Shown: positions 26,762 through 37,877, counted from the stretch's first letter. The stretch: DNA of 64,000 bases from a virus (IMGVR_UViG_3300028833_000067:32001-96000), one strand, 5' to 3'. Notes: a model not told the origin generated them from the letters alone. Made by a program: numbers and translations.

Positions 26762-27862
26762 TTAGTTAGTAATTGTAGTATTTGCCATTAATGCTGTATT
26801 TTCGGTTTCCCAACCACTACCCTGAGATAGTGCAGCATTGTAATAGATACCCCAATAGTTAGGAGTAGTAAATAGACCAACGCCAACCTTTACATAACCC
26901 TGTAGTACAAAGCTATTATCGCCCTCATGGTCATCCCACTCACGGAAGTAAGGAGAGCCTTCGAAAGCCATCTTAATAATCTTTTCCTTGCCAGCAGGTA
27001 GTACATAAGCAAAGGCAGGATTGAACTGTAGCTTAGTATTGGTTTCATCAGTCCAAGACTGTGGCATTACAACAACAGGAGTGCCATAGAACTTGCCAAT
27101 GTAACCACGATCACGGATTTCTTGCATATCAACATCAGATAGCTTTACTGTAGTGGTACTATTAACATTATATACTAATGCATTTACCATTTCAGCCGCG
27201 AACTCAGGAGTGCAATAAATAATTGGGCTGCCATAAGGAGCAACAGTGTTGCATAGTTTCTTCATAGCAGTAGGATTGAACTGATTGGTTGCAACCTTGT
27301 TGCGAGCTGGACGGCCAGCAGCATTCCAAGAATTGAGTAAGCAACCCTGAACCATTTCAAATAGACGATCAACAATACCTTCCTGGATGACTTCATAAAT
27401 ATCGGTCATGGATTCTAGACCATCGAGATAACGCTCGAAGTCTACATATCCAGCACCACCAATGGCCTGAATATATAGATCGAAACGATCACGATCTAGA
27501 CGGAAGGTTTCATAGTTACCAGATTCAGTGGCGCGAGTAACGAACTGCTTACCACGAATCTTGCCGCGAGTTACACGGAACTCTGGGCGCTGGCCCTGAG
27601 CATAATTCTTTACTTCAACGAACATATCAAGAGCACTCTTGACATTCTGTGGTAGAACTTCCTGTAGATTTTCTTCTAGTAGTTCAAATACATCTTCTTT
27701 ATTACGATTGAAGACGTGACGATTGAAGTGTACGCCATCCTTTGTCATTAGCTTGGCTAATTCATCACGGAGAGCGGCTTCATAATCATAATTTTCTGCT
27801 GCGAATTCAGCAGGAACGGCACGACCAAATACGCCGTTCATTAATACATGTAGCTTATTCAT
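26762..27862 (-). CDS. Major capsid protein, 366 aa
   Basis: Size, position after protease/scaffold, GYIGKFYGTPVVVM motif typical of HK97-fold capsids, no TAG. ATG 27862 fits the GGAGG spacing better than the track start. Confidence 0.85.
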   Translation of the reverse strand: MNKLHVLMNGVFGRAVPAEFAAENYDYEAALRDELAKLMTKDGVHFNRHVFNRNKEDVFELLEENLQEVLPQNVKSALDMFVEVKNYAQGQRPEFRVTRGKIRGKQFVTRATESGNYETFRLDRDRFDLYIQAIGGAGYVDFERYLDGLESMTDIYEVIQEGIVDRLFEMVQGCLLNSWNAAGRPARNKVATNQFNPTAMKKLCNTVAPYGSPIIYCTPEFAAEMVNALVYNVNSTTTVKLSDVDMQEIRDRGYIGKFYGTPVVVMPQSWTDETNTKLQFNPAFAYVLPAGKEKIIKMAFEGSPYFREWDDHEGDNSFVLQGYVKVGVGLFTTPNYWGIYYNAALSQGSGWETENTALMANTTITN

Positions 27863-27877
27863 AAGTCGCACCTCCCA

Positions 27878-28480
27878 TTATCCTAGACTTACAATCTGAT
27901 ACTTAACGCCCTTTCCGCCGTTAGGTATAGTGTAGTATTTTACAACCTTTGCATAAGTGCCAGACTGTGGCTTAGTAGCAGTTAGCTGTGGAACAGGACT
28001 ACCAGCTACAGGAGCAACATACATAGGAGTAGTATCAATAGCATTTAATGCTGTCTCAAGAGCAGCAAAAGTAGCATATGTAGATTCATCATACTGTAAG
28101 CAGTTAGTGGTTACAGTATCGCCAAGACCAAAGATACCAACACGAGGATAATCCCCAGCGATCTTGCGGCCAAAGCGTTGTAGACCATAGTGTTCACGGT
28201 CATATTCTTTTTCTGTAGTATAAACAATACCAATGGGAGAATCGGTTGCAGCAGCAGGAGCATTAATAGCGCCAGCGGCCTTATCAGCAACAACCCACAT
28301 ACCATTTTCACAAGGATTGGCCTTGGTGAAAGCAGCTCCGAGAGGAGTCTGAGAAACTACCATACCAGTCTTTGGGAATGCTACCTGGTTTAGTTCTAGG
28401 CTGGCATATAGCTTTTCATCGGGATCACGATGCTGATCAACTAGATCGCCCACAACATTAGTAATAGGAAATCTTGTCAT
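27878..28480 (-). CDS. Capsid decoration/cement-like protein, 200 aa
   Basis: Lies between scaffold and capsid genes, no TAG. Function from synteny. Confidence 0.6.
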   Translation of the reverse strand: MTRFPITNVVGDLVDQHRDPDEKLYASLELNQVAFPKTGMVVSQTPLGAAFTKANPCENGMWVVADKAAGAINAPAAATDSPIGIVYTTEKEYDREHYGLQRFGRKIAGDYPRVGIFGLGDTVTTNCLQYDESTYATFAALETALNAIDTTPMYVAPVAGSPVPQLTATKPQSGTYAKVVKYYTIPNGGKGVKYQIVSLG

Positions 28481-28493
28481 AGTTTATTCCTCC

Positions 28494-29798
28494 TTAGTTC
28501 TTGCGATATTTTTCCATAAATAACGCGAATTCATCAACAACGGGTTCTGGTAGTGGAACTACTTTGTTGTCAGCACTGCCAGCCATGTGTTTATCAGCAT
28601 AGCAAATTGCGAGTTTGCTCTTTAATTCATCAAGACTGAAATTATTCATTTCTTCACGAATTGGGCTGATTTCTTCCTCAGTTAAGTCAGTTGCGAACTG
28701 CTCAATTAAGGCATTTTTTTGTTCTACTTCTAAACGAGTGCGCTCGGCTTCATAGGTAGCAATCTCATTACGCAAGGTAGCTTCAGTCTCAGACGCGGAT
28801 GTTATCTGGGCCTCAAGTTCTTGAATACGAGTTTGAGCATTCTCATAATTAGTAGTCATTTCATTTAATTGATTCTCAAGCTCAGCGATACGAGCTTCAA
28901 AATCGGGTGCGGGTTCAGCCGCGGGTTCAGGCTCCGTAGCAGCTGGCTCTGCGGGCTCAGCCGCAGGTTCAACTGATTCAGCAGCAGATTCATCAGCAGC
29001 AAAATCTTCTGCTGGCTCTGCGGCTGGCTCTGCAGCTGGTTCGGCCGCAGGCTCCACTGGAGCTACTGGCTCCTGATTTACAGGTTCTTCCTGTACAGGA
29101 GTGGGTTCATTTACTTCGGGATTTACAACATTTTCCATTTGATGTTCCCCTCCTTCTGTTGGTTGTTTTTCAGCCTCTTCAACTTTAGCCTTCAAATCAG
29201 CCAATAGAGAAGAGAACTTTTCATATTGAGATGTATATGTATCATCATTCTTACTAAAGAAAGAAGATACAGAAAAACATGGTTCATGATCACCTATAAT
29301 ACATAAACCCATGATTTCAGCTTTGGTATAAACAAAATATTCAGTGTTATCAATATTTGCCCAATCGCCTTCAATTGAATTTATATCAAGTTCCATAGAT
29401 TGATGTTGTCCAATTACAAAATTGGCTTCATTGAAGTATTTAGTAAATAATACTACAGAAAAAACAGCATAATCGCGTTCTATTCCATCAGTATCTTTAA
29501 ATGGCTGCCAGCCATCAAACTATTCAACATAACCATAAGCGCTCGCAAGAGTTGGACCTGTATGACTTGCCCAACCTTGAGATTCAGGATCAAAAAATCC
29601 AACTACTGGAGTATCACCCTTAGTTGCGCTATTAATTAGCATTTCTGCAACATCATCCTTAATATAAGAACCATTGCGATTGCCATATTTAGTAAAAACG
29701 CCAACTTTTAATCTATTGAGGTTAGAAGAACCATTGATAGATTCAGCAGGAGACATTATAATAGCATTATCAAAATAAATAGGAATATTTCTTTTCAT
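28494..29798 (-). CDS. Prohead protease-scaffold fusion, 434 aa (one TAG=Gln at 29520)
   Basis: 29520-29798 reads in frame into 28494-29396 (YVE-Q-FDGWQPF...HQSMELD). EPAA repeats, then a coiled coil. Confidence 0.8.
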
Positions 29799-29814
29799 AA
29801 TATAATTCGCCTCC

Positions 29815-31359
29815 TTAACTCATACTATCAATATTTGCTTGCGTTTTTTGCGATCTATCTTCATCAGCAAGCGTTGGTCTTCCGCCCTTATTAGTGATGT
29901 CTTTCGGCTAACCTGAACTACTACTATTTTTTTCTCCAGAATTATTTTTTTTCTGAGAATTTTCATCACCAGATTGTGTATAAGATGATGATAATGGACG
30001 CATTTTTTCGCCTAAGTTTAAAAATTCATTTTCAAAGTCTACTGTGCTTACTAAGCTGCGTTGTTTAATTCCCATCGCAGCAGCAACACGCATTCTTGGA
30101 TAACCAAATTGCGCCATTGATAAGTAGTAATCTTTATAGTCTTTAATATTAAATTTTGTTACTGGTAAAATTTCAAAATCAAAAGTTAAACCTGTGCGAC
30201 TAAAGCGGCTATTAATTAAGAATTTAATCCAAGTAGCATATGCGTTCATGTATTCTTGCATTACGCTTTCTAAACGTTTAATAACATATGCTAAAGATGA
30301 ACTATTATCTGCATTAAAGAATAATTTACTACTTCCTAAAGAGTCCCATGCATTATCACTATATTTTTCAATACGACTATTTGCCTAGTTAGCTGCGGAG
30401 GAATCTTGTAAATTTTCTAATGTTGCATCTCCAAGCGTTGTTAATACATCTACTGTATCTAAGTCTTGTAGCATTGCGGCAATTCCAGCATGAATTTCCG
30501 CGATTTCATCTAATTCAAATACTAAATGACCATTGCTATCAGTAGGCATTTTATGAATTAATAACTTATATAGTTCATTTTCATCGCGCTTTTCTTCACG
30601 CTTTACAGCATCTTTCAATTTAGCAAGTTCAGGGATAGATGCTACAAGTAATGGTGTAGTGTCTTCTGAGAAGCAGAAAACAATTCCACCCGCACTTGCT
30701 GGTACCATTATCCATGGATCAGTTAATTTATTCGCCTTATATAGTTTCCATCCTTGTTGAATAGCAGGCGGGAAATTAAGTAAAGCAGCATCACGTATTT
30801 TCTCATCTTCATATTTAGTTAAGAAATAAGTAATATTAAACTCTAAAATACAAAGATTATTAAAGTCTTTTAATCGTGTGCGGCAATATTCCTATGGTAA
30901 ATCCTATACAACCACTTTATTACCGTGTTCTTGTAGAATACCATAATATATCCCCGATTTTAACCATTCGCGCGTAATACGTGTCAATGTATTCTTAATA
31001 TCTAAAGCTTCAACAAAACTACAAGCATTATAGAATGCTTTTATAATTTGCGTTTTAGAACCTTTACCAGTTTCATAGATAGGAGTTACTAGTGTTTCAT
31101 ATAAAAAGAGTGTTGCAAGAAAATTGATATTATTGCGGTAGCGACCATTTGTTCTATAATAATATCGAGATAATTCACGAATAGCTGAAATCTCACCAGA
31201 GCGAATTATTTCTTCTATTTCTTCTATAGTGAAATCTCTATTAATTACACTATTCGTTCTATGGCCGCCCCAGCGAGAGAGGCGTTCACGAGAATCAATA
31301 GGAACATAATTAATACGGAACTATGGTCTTGCAAACATAGCTTTAAAATCCTAACTCAC
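29815..31359 (-). CDS. Portal protein, 514 aa (GTG start, TAG=Gln)
   Basis: AGGAGGTG RBS. Fragments 29908-30261 and 30385-30708 are in frame. C-terminal PLSSSYTQSG...GGRP. Sits between terminase and protease. Confidence 0.8.
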
Positions 31360-31364
31360 AAAAA

Positions 31365-33149
31365 TCACCTCCTACTTTTAGGAGTAAAGAAACCAAATGA
31401 ACCAATATTCTTTTTTCTGCGTTTAAAAATTTCTTTATCTTCATAATATTTAATTCTATACATCGCATATTCTAGTGCGCTAAAACGGTCTTTTTCAATT
31501 GATTTTGAAATGCGTTCGACTTTATATTTATTCTCTACGCCAGTGGGCTTTAGCCGCAAATTGTTAAGTTCATCCATAAGACGAGAAGTCATTTCATATG
31601 GTAATAAAAATACTCGTCTATCATATGATGTCATTCTCTAACCTTTTTTTGTTTTAATTAACTTATCTTTAACAACACGTTCATGCGCCAAAAAAGAAGT
31701 TGATCCGTTATTAACAGCAGTAAGAAATGCCGCATGAATTTCATCTTCATTAGAGGCAGAAGCTTTTATATCGTATATAATAGCATTATATTTAATATTA
31801 GGTTCTTCCACTTCATCATGCATTTCTGGCGGTAAGTGGTTCTCATTATTAAAGGTGAAGTATGCGGGAAATTGTTCTCCTGTTTTTGCGTCAAAAGAAG
31901 GTAAAACCATCGCATCCATAAGACCGATACCTGGGCCGTTACCATCAATAACAATCTCTTTAGGATGATATAATTCAATTAATTTTTTAATACGTGGCGC
32001 CTATACAGTGATATAATTCTCACCATGTATTACTTCAGTATAAACCACATTTTTCTTAAAACGCTGCTCCCCGGGTAATACCTTAATAACCATAATAGCA
32101 GTATTCGCGCCATAGCGTGCTACGTCAACGCCAATTATATAGAAAGTGCCATCTGGCAGGTTGTTCATGGCTTTACGTTCACATTTCAATAAAGAGCGAT
32201 GCTTGTTTAAACGACGTGAATCTAACCACGCATCTTTACTATTACCACTCCATATTGATAATGATTCTCGCGCGAAAGAATCCTCACTTACTGTATTAGA
32301 ATAACGTTGATCCATTAAGGTCGCTTTATCTAATAGCCCATAATGTAATGGTACTTCATAAGAGAGGCCCCATGAGAAATACTCTTTCGGCCGCAAGACC
32401 GCATTTACGGTTATTTCAATTAATTTCTGGTACATAAATACTGTACGTTCAGCCGCAGTAGTAATAAATATCTAAGAGGAAGATGGCTCATTGGGATTTA
32501 AAGAACCATCTACTTCTCTACGCGCAATATTCATTTGCGGCCAAAGTACTTCGTTGAATGGAATTTCATCAATTAATGCGGCTTCTTCTAGAATAGCAGC
32601 AGTAGCACGAAGGCCACGAGATGTGTCTTTCGATACAACAGAAATCATACTACCATTTTTTAAGTATAATTCATAATAGTTTGTACTTGCTTTTTGTCCT
32701 GTTTTACCATCATCGGCACGAGTTTTTAATTCCTTTCGTAATAAAGGCCAATGCCTAAATATTTCTTCAAACTTAGCTTCTGCTATCTTAATAACTGTTC
32801 CCTTGGTATCAGAAGCAATCATTATAGTAGAATTAGGCAATAATACTGCTCGTATTAATGCGCTTAAATAGGCTGTAAAGGATTTAGAAGTAGCACGAGT
32901 AGCAGTCCAGAAAGTATATCTATAGCGCATGGCCGCGCGTAATTCTACCCGCTAAAAAGGCATTAGATGAAAATGCTTTGCGTCTGCCGAATCCTATATA
33001 GCATCAAGGAGTAAATCTGGATACCTTATCCATAAGTCAAGGTACCTAGTAAATAATTCTTGATTTGCGTCAAGATATTCACGCGTTAGAACAACTCCTT
33101 TTTCAATTGGTATTCCATCACGTAATACAGCTTCGTCAAAATCATTCAT
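31365..33149 (-). CDS. terL: Terminase large subunit, 594 aa (TAG=Gln)
   Basis: Four fragments in one frame. Q-motif LMPFQ, Walker A-like ATRATSKS, Walker B-like ILEEAA, nuclease motifs IGVDVAR, IDGNGPG and KDRFSA. Confidence 0.9.
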
Positions 33150-34092
33150 CTGTACCCCCTCCCATTAGCTCGGCAGAGAGATCATCTTCTCCTTCATACT
33201 CTACATCCGCTGTCTCATCAAAATCAACCTTTTCATTTTCAATCTCTTCAAGGCGTTCGGTCATATTATAACGAGCACGTTTATCTTCAACTTGCTCCGC
33301 AAAATTGCCTTCATTGATTACGAGACGTTTTAAGTAATTCTAAATATTTTCCATCATAAAGTCAATGGAGTCTTGTGGCTCAGTATGCCAATTTGGATGC
33401 CATCCTTTCTTACCATAATAAACCATAAGCTCTCCAACAGATTCAAAGTCCGCTGCAGATTTAGCATTAGAGGCTTCAAAATGATATGTCTTAACAATAT
33501 CGTCGGCCTATTTCATCATCTTGGAAACGTCTGCGCCCGCGCGCAAACCTTCCTTAATATGTAATTGAAGCTCACAAAAGTCTCGTGCCTTTTCTTGCAG
33601 AATTGGTGTAGAAACATTCTAAGTAGCAACAATCTAATTATAAAAATTATCAAGCCATAGTAATTGTTCTGGTTTATAAGCGGCTGACCATACCTTTCTT
33701 AAATGTTTAAGTTTAGCCTCATTTAAAACTTTAATCTCATCATCAATTGTGCCCTCTTCACGCGCCATGCGCCAACGTTCATTTTCATCCGCCCAGCGTA
33801 AAGGCTCATAATGTTCATCATATAAGAGATTGAAGTAAGCAGTTAAAGTGTGATCTTTATGCTATGCATACAATTGTGTCCATTTGTCAATATCAAATGG
33901 TAAGTCGAGCCAGCGCATCATACGATCTACTTCGCCCAAATTGTCTTGCGGCGTCATAACCTCAAGGCATGGAGTACAAATATAGCAACGGCCATTAGGG
34001 AAAAATTTAGAAGGAGTGGTTTGAAACTGCTCAAGAGGACGTTCCTATTTACATTTAAGACAACGTCGGGTCTTTTTTTCTAAGGTCTGCAT
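33142..34092 (-). CDS. Zn-finger protein, candidate terminase small subunit, 316 aa (TAG=Gln)
   Basis: Absent from the track. N-terminal CLKC...CTPC. Overlaps the terL start. Confidence 0.55.
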
Positions 34093-35356
34093 TATTGCTC
34101 ACTCCTCTTTTTATTCGATTTAACTTATCACATGCTTTGCATGTATTAGAAAGTCCATCTTTATGCGAATTATTCCTACTAAAAAATAAAGGATCTATTG
34201 GAAACATTCTTCCGCAATGAATACATTTTTTCTTCTAATTCTATGGTGTCTCTATTTCCATTCTATTTATCTTTGCTATTTTTGCAATTCTATTGGGAAT
34301 CTCTATTCCAATTACAGAAGCTAAATAATTTAATGAGTATTCTGTAGCATACTTCGCGCGCATTTCCTCCAAAATCTCATCATATTGAAGTCCTTTTTTC
34401 CGCAAATCTATAAAAAACAAACGTAGCTCACTGAAATTGCACATTGTAGTATATCGTTCAAAATCCCATAGTAAGGTTCGTCCATATGTATCTAGCTTAT
34501 CGCGCAAAGCTTCATATAATGTATGATAATGATTAAGTAGCGCGCGAACATGCTTAGGATTCTCCCAATCAAATGTATGCTCACATATAACCCATTTTAT
34601 CTCTAAATTATCCCCCTCCCCACGTGTCTCATAATCTTCCAAGTTCTTAGAAACACGAGAAGTATAAGAATGATTTACTCTGTCTTGCCACTAATCGCGA
34701 GTAATCCAATAAAATGAGTTGCCAGTCCAATCATAGAATTGCGTTTTTGGATGGTCTAAATTCTAAAAATGTAATGTGGGCTTATATGAATCTTTCAAAT
34801 AATACTAATGCTTCCTAATATCAATTAAATTATGCTTTAACTAATAAATACGATAGGAATCAGTAACAAGAGTATCAGATTCATTTGCGGCAATTTTGCC
34901 CTATGCAATGTCAAGCATACGTTGCCACCTATCAATAATTTCCCACTATTCGCGCATACCTGGGATATCAGAATCGCCAGGATCTATCATTTCACCTGTC
35001 TTTTTATCATATTTAGGCTTAACAATAGTTGGTTTTGGTTGCGTATAAGCATCACGCTTATATGCAGAGCGCACCTGCTATTCATCAAATCCTGGGGCTT
35101 CCATTATCTCATCTAAGGACTATACTTTATCATCTTTTGTCTTATAACTCTTATATCTTTTATTTTTATCAGTAGTTTCATTACGCTAAATTGCATTTTG
35201 TCCATTTTCATCCTTGCCGTAGAGAATATAGGAGGCCATTTGCTCCAATTCAGTTTGAGTTGGATCAGTTTCTAAAGAGTCAATGATTTTTGCGATAGCG
35301 ATACAGCGTTCTGTATCACGCTCTATAGAATAATCTAATGAGTATTTCTTTTTCAT
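34055..35356 (-). CDS. First gene of late operon, with HTH-like region and C-terminal Zn finger, 433 aa (TAG=Gln)
   Basis: ATG 35356 with GGAGGTG. Contains fragment 34241-34642. Ends CIHC...KDGLSNTCKAC. Confidence 0.65.
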
Positions 35357-35375
35357 ACTCTCACCTCCAATTCTT

Positions 35376-35405
35376 ATTTTATCATATTTGATTTTAATTT
35401 GTCAA
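35376..35405 (-). promoter_or_regulatory. Sigma-A-type promoter of late operon
   Basis: TTGACA-18 bp-TAAAAT with a TG extended -10. Confidence 0.6.
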
Positions 35406-35412
35406 ATATTAG

Positions 35413-35477
35413 ATTTTTAAAGTTGGTGGATTATTTTAAAAAAGGTTGGTGAATGATTTTTAAAAAGGTTGGTGGAA
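35413..35477. repeat. Three direct repeats ATTTT(T)AAA(AAG)GTTGGTGRA
   Basis: Read directly; period about 20-24 bp. Confidence 0.8.
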
Positions 35478-35546
35478 TGTGGGCAGGCCCGGCTTCGCCG
35501 GGCAGTTAGTCTTGGCTAACTTCCCGAAACGGATGCCCCATAACAC

Positions 35547-35584
35547 AAAAAAAAGAGAGGGAATATATTTCCCTCTCTTTTTTT
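35547..35584. terminator. Bidirectional intrinsic terminator
   Basis: A-tract, GAGAGGGAA-TATAT-TTCCCTCTC, T-tract. Confidence 0.85.
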
Positions 35585-35590
35585 CACTTG

Positions 35591-36382
35591 TTAGCGGTTC
35601 AACGTTTCTGCAAGGCTTGTAAACTTGCCGTCTTCCAATGCCGACAGAAAAGCATCATATTTCCCGGTATTATATACAACTTGCACACCGCAGGATTTTA
35701 CGGTTATTCCCTTCCCCCGTGTTAAATTGTCCATGTCTTTTTGAAAATCATACTTGTTAGCCCAGTATGCGGAATATGCGCAAATATAATCAATGGCCTT
35801 TTCATATTCCTTATTCCTCACAAGGCTATACACCGCTTTTTTGTCCTCTTCACTAAAAACACCGTAAACAACAGATGTATAATTACCGTCCATATAATCA
35901 AACAGTGTTCCGAAAGTGAGCGTTTTTCCATTGTGTCCGACCTCTATAACGCCATACTTTTTTGAGATAATATCCGACGTTTTAATATCTTTGACGGATA
36001 GCATAGACCAGCGAACGAGCGCAAGCCTTCTCATAAAGGCACAACGAACGAGGATTTCATACAAATCACCAAACGCCCCCAAATCATTTATAGTCTGTTC
36101 GTTCGTTTCTTTTATGTCCGCCAGCATTGACAAATAGTCAAGAATTGTCAATTCTCCGCGTTTGATTGCTTCTTTCGCGGTGGAAGAGAGTGCAAAAGAG
36201 AGGAAGGACAGACGGTCAGCAGAAGGGAACTGTACAGGAAAAAGTGAAATAAGGTTGTCAACAATAGAAATAGCCGCTTTTTCGATGTTTTCCCGGGAAC
36301 AAAGAGAACCAACAAAAGCAAGAATAGAGGAAATAATTGTCCGGGCCTGCAAAGTTGTGAGAGCGTTTTCATGTCTTGCCAT
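35591..36382 (-). CDS. Orphan protein, 263 aa, possible PD-(D/E)xK-like fold
   Basis: Intact standard-code ORF, probable start MARHEN. GDLYE...SD...IEVG pattern is only suggestive. Confidence 0.6.
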   Translation of the reverse strand: MARHENALTTLQARTIISSILAFVGSLCSRENIEKAAISIVDNLISLFPVQFPSADRLSFLSFALSSTAKEAIKRGELTILDYLSMLADIKETNEQTINDLGAFGDLYEILVRCAFMRRLALVRWSMLSVKDIKTSDIISKKYGVIEVGHNGKTLTFGTLFDYMDGNYTSVVYGVFSEEDKKAVYSLVRNKEYEKAIDYICAYSAYWANKYDFQKDMDNLTRGKGITVKSCGVQVVYNTGKYDAFLSALEDGKFTSLAETLNR

Positions 36383-36610
36383 AGTGGGGAACCTTCTTTC
36401 ATATAATGTCAAGCGGTGTACCGCTTGCAAGGGTATTCTCTCACTTTGCAAGGGAAAAAACAAGTACAAAAACAGGAAAAAATGACGATTTAATATTTTT
36501 GTAACAATTGTTTAAAAATTCTTAACAATTAAATATCTGTTCAATCGTTTCAATAAAATGTATTATAATGTATTATTATTTGTATTGTCTAAAGCGTACA
36601 AATCTCGGCC

Positions 36611-36725
36611 TGTGGATAACTCGCCTCAGCTTGTGGAAAACTTGTGAATAACTTTTTCCACAACCAAAGTTTTCCACAGCCATGTTTTCCACAAGTTTTC
36701 CACAGGGAAACCGAAGTTATCCACA
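36611..36725. promoter_or_regulatory. Cluster of 8 DnaA-box-like 9-mers (candidate origin or DnaA titration site)
   Basis: TGTGGATAA 36611, TGTGGAAAA 36632, TGTGAATAA 36643, TTTTCCACA 36654/36670/36685/36696, TTATCCACA 36717. AT-rich tract at 36490-36590. Confidence 0.8.
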
Positions 36726-36937
36726 GGTTTTACCAGATATGACAAATGTAACAGATTCGTAACAATTGTAACAATTGCGTCACAAACCCTGGAAGCGTTG
36801 ATTTATAAGGCTTCCAGGGTTTTTTGGATGTATAACATCCAAGTGTTAGCCGTGACTAACTCAGCCGTTTTATGGTATAATCTGGTCAGGAGGTGGGGGA
36901 AATGTTACGAAAGTGTTACAAATGCATTGGAAGGTGG

Positions 36938-37122
36938 GATACCTCAGCAGGCGAGGTACCTCAGCAGATGAGATACCTCAGTAGGCGAGGGCGCGCTCGC
37001 GCCTATACGGATGCGCGCCCTGCCCCGGGTATATATAGGCGCCGGCGAGCTGCAAGCTGGGAGCTGCAAGCTGGGAGCTGCAAGCTGCGAGCTGGGAACT
37101 GCGAGCTGGAAGATGTAAGCTG
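36938..37122 (+). repeat. 3x TACCTCAGYAG followed by 7-bp RAGCTGN tandem repeats
   Basis: Read directly. Confidence 0.8.
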
Positions 37123-37138
37123 GAAAGGAGCTAAAACA

Positions 37139-37324
37139 ATGCTAATAATGGGAACTGGGTTTGTGCTGGGCGGGTTGGTAGCTGGAAGCTTCGCCCCACT
37201 CAAAATGGTCGCTGTGTGCGAGTTAATCGGATGGGCGTTAATGGGTGTGGCCGGACTAAGAGCCGAACAGAAAGAGCGCAAGGCCGCACAAAAATTAGCA
37301 ATGTATCCAACCTATAAATATTGA
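37139..37324 (+). CDS. Small membrane protein, 61 aa
   Basis: AAGGAG RBS, two hydrophobic segments, downstream hairpin. Confidence 0.6.
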   Translation: MLIMGTGFVLGGLVAGSFAPLKMVAVCELIGWALMGVAGLRAEQKERKAAQKLAMYPTYKY

Positions 37325-37374
37325 GCGCTTCGGCGCTCTTGTACTTTTGGATGTATCACATCCAAAAGAAATAG

Positions 37375-37403
37375 TTGACAAGCATATTTATAAGTGTTAT
37401 ACT
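37375..37403 (+). promoter_or_regulatory. Representative cassette promoter
   Basis: TTGACA-17 bp-TATACT, 9 bp after the palindrome at 37347-37365. Confidence 0.9.
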
Positions 37404-37454
37404 TGTATCATCAAAAGGGAAGGAAAACCTACCAAACCGGAAAGGATTGAAACC

Positions 37455-37742
37455 ATGAAAAAGACCATCGTAATCATCACCGCCACCATGCTCCTGCTCT
37501 CCCTTGTTAGTGCCGCAAGTGCGGAGCTTTATCCCACCACTGCTATGGTTTGCCGGGTGGATCGGGAAAGTGATTTAGTGTACTGCAAAGAATGTAATGG
37601 TAACATCTGGGCGTTTTTCGGGGTTGAAGATTGGGAAGAGGGAGACTTAGTCTCAATGATCATGGATGACAACGACACTGAATTGATCTATGATGACATG
37701 ATCTTACAAGTGAGATACGGTGGATATGTTGAGGGGTTTTAA
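37455..37742 (+). CDS. Secreted acidic protein, 95 aa
   Basis: Signal peptide MKKTIVII...AASA; cassette context. Confidence 0.75.
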   Translation: MKKTIVIITATMLLLSLVSAASAELYPTTAMVCRVDRESDLVYCKECNGNIWAFFGVEDWEEGDLVSMIMDDNDTELIYDDMILQVRYGGYVEGF

Positions 37743-37877
37743 CCCCTCTTTTTTTTGTTATGGGGCTTTGGATGTAATACATCTAAAACATTCGTTTGAC
37801 AAATATATATATTTATTGTATACTTGTATCATCAAAGAGGGAAGGAAAACCCACCAAACCAGAGAGGAAGGAAGAGC

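Noticed and set aside
1-35356. Pseudogenised prophage or sequencing errors
   Set aside because: The interruptions I checked are all TAG, in frame, with no frameshifts, and they coincide with conserved Gln positions.
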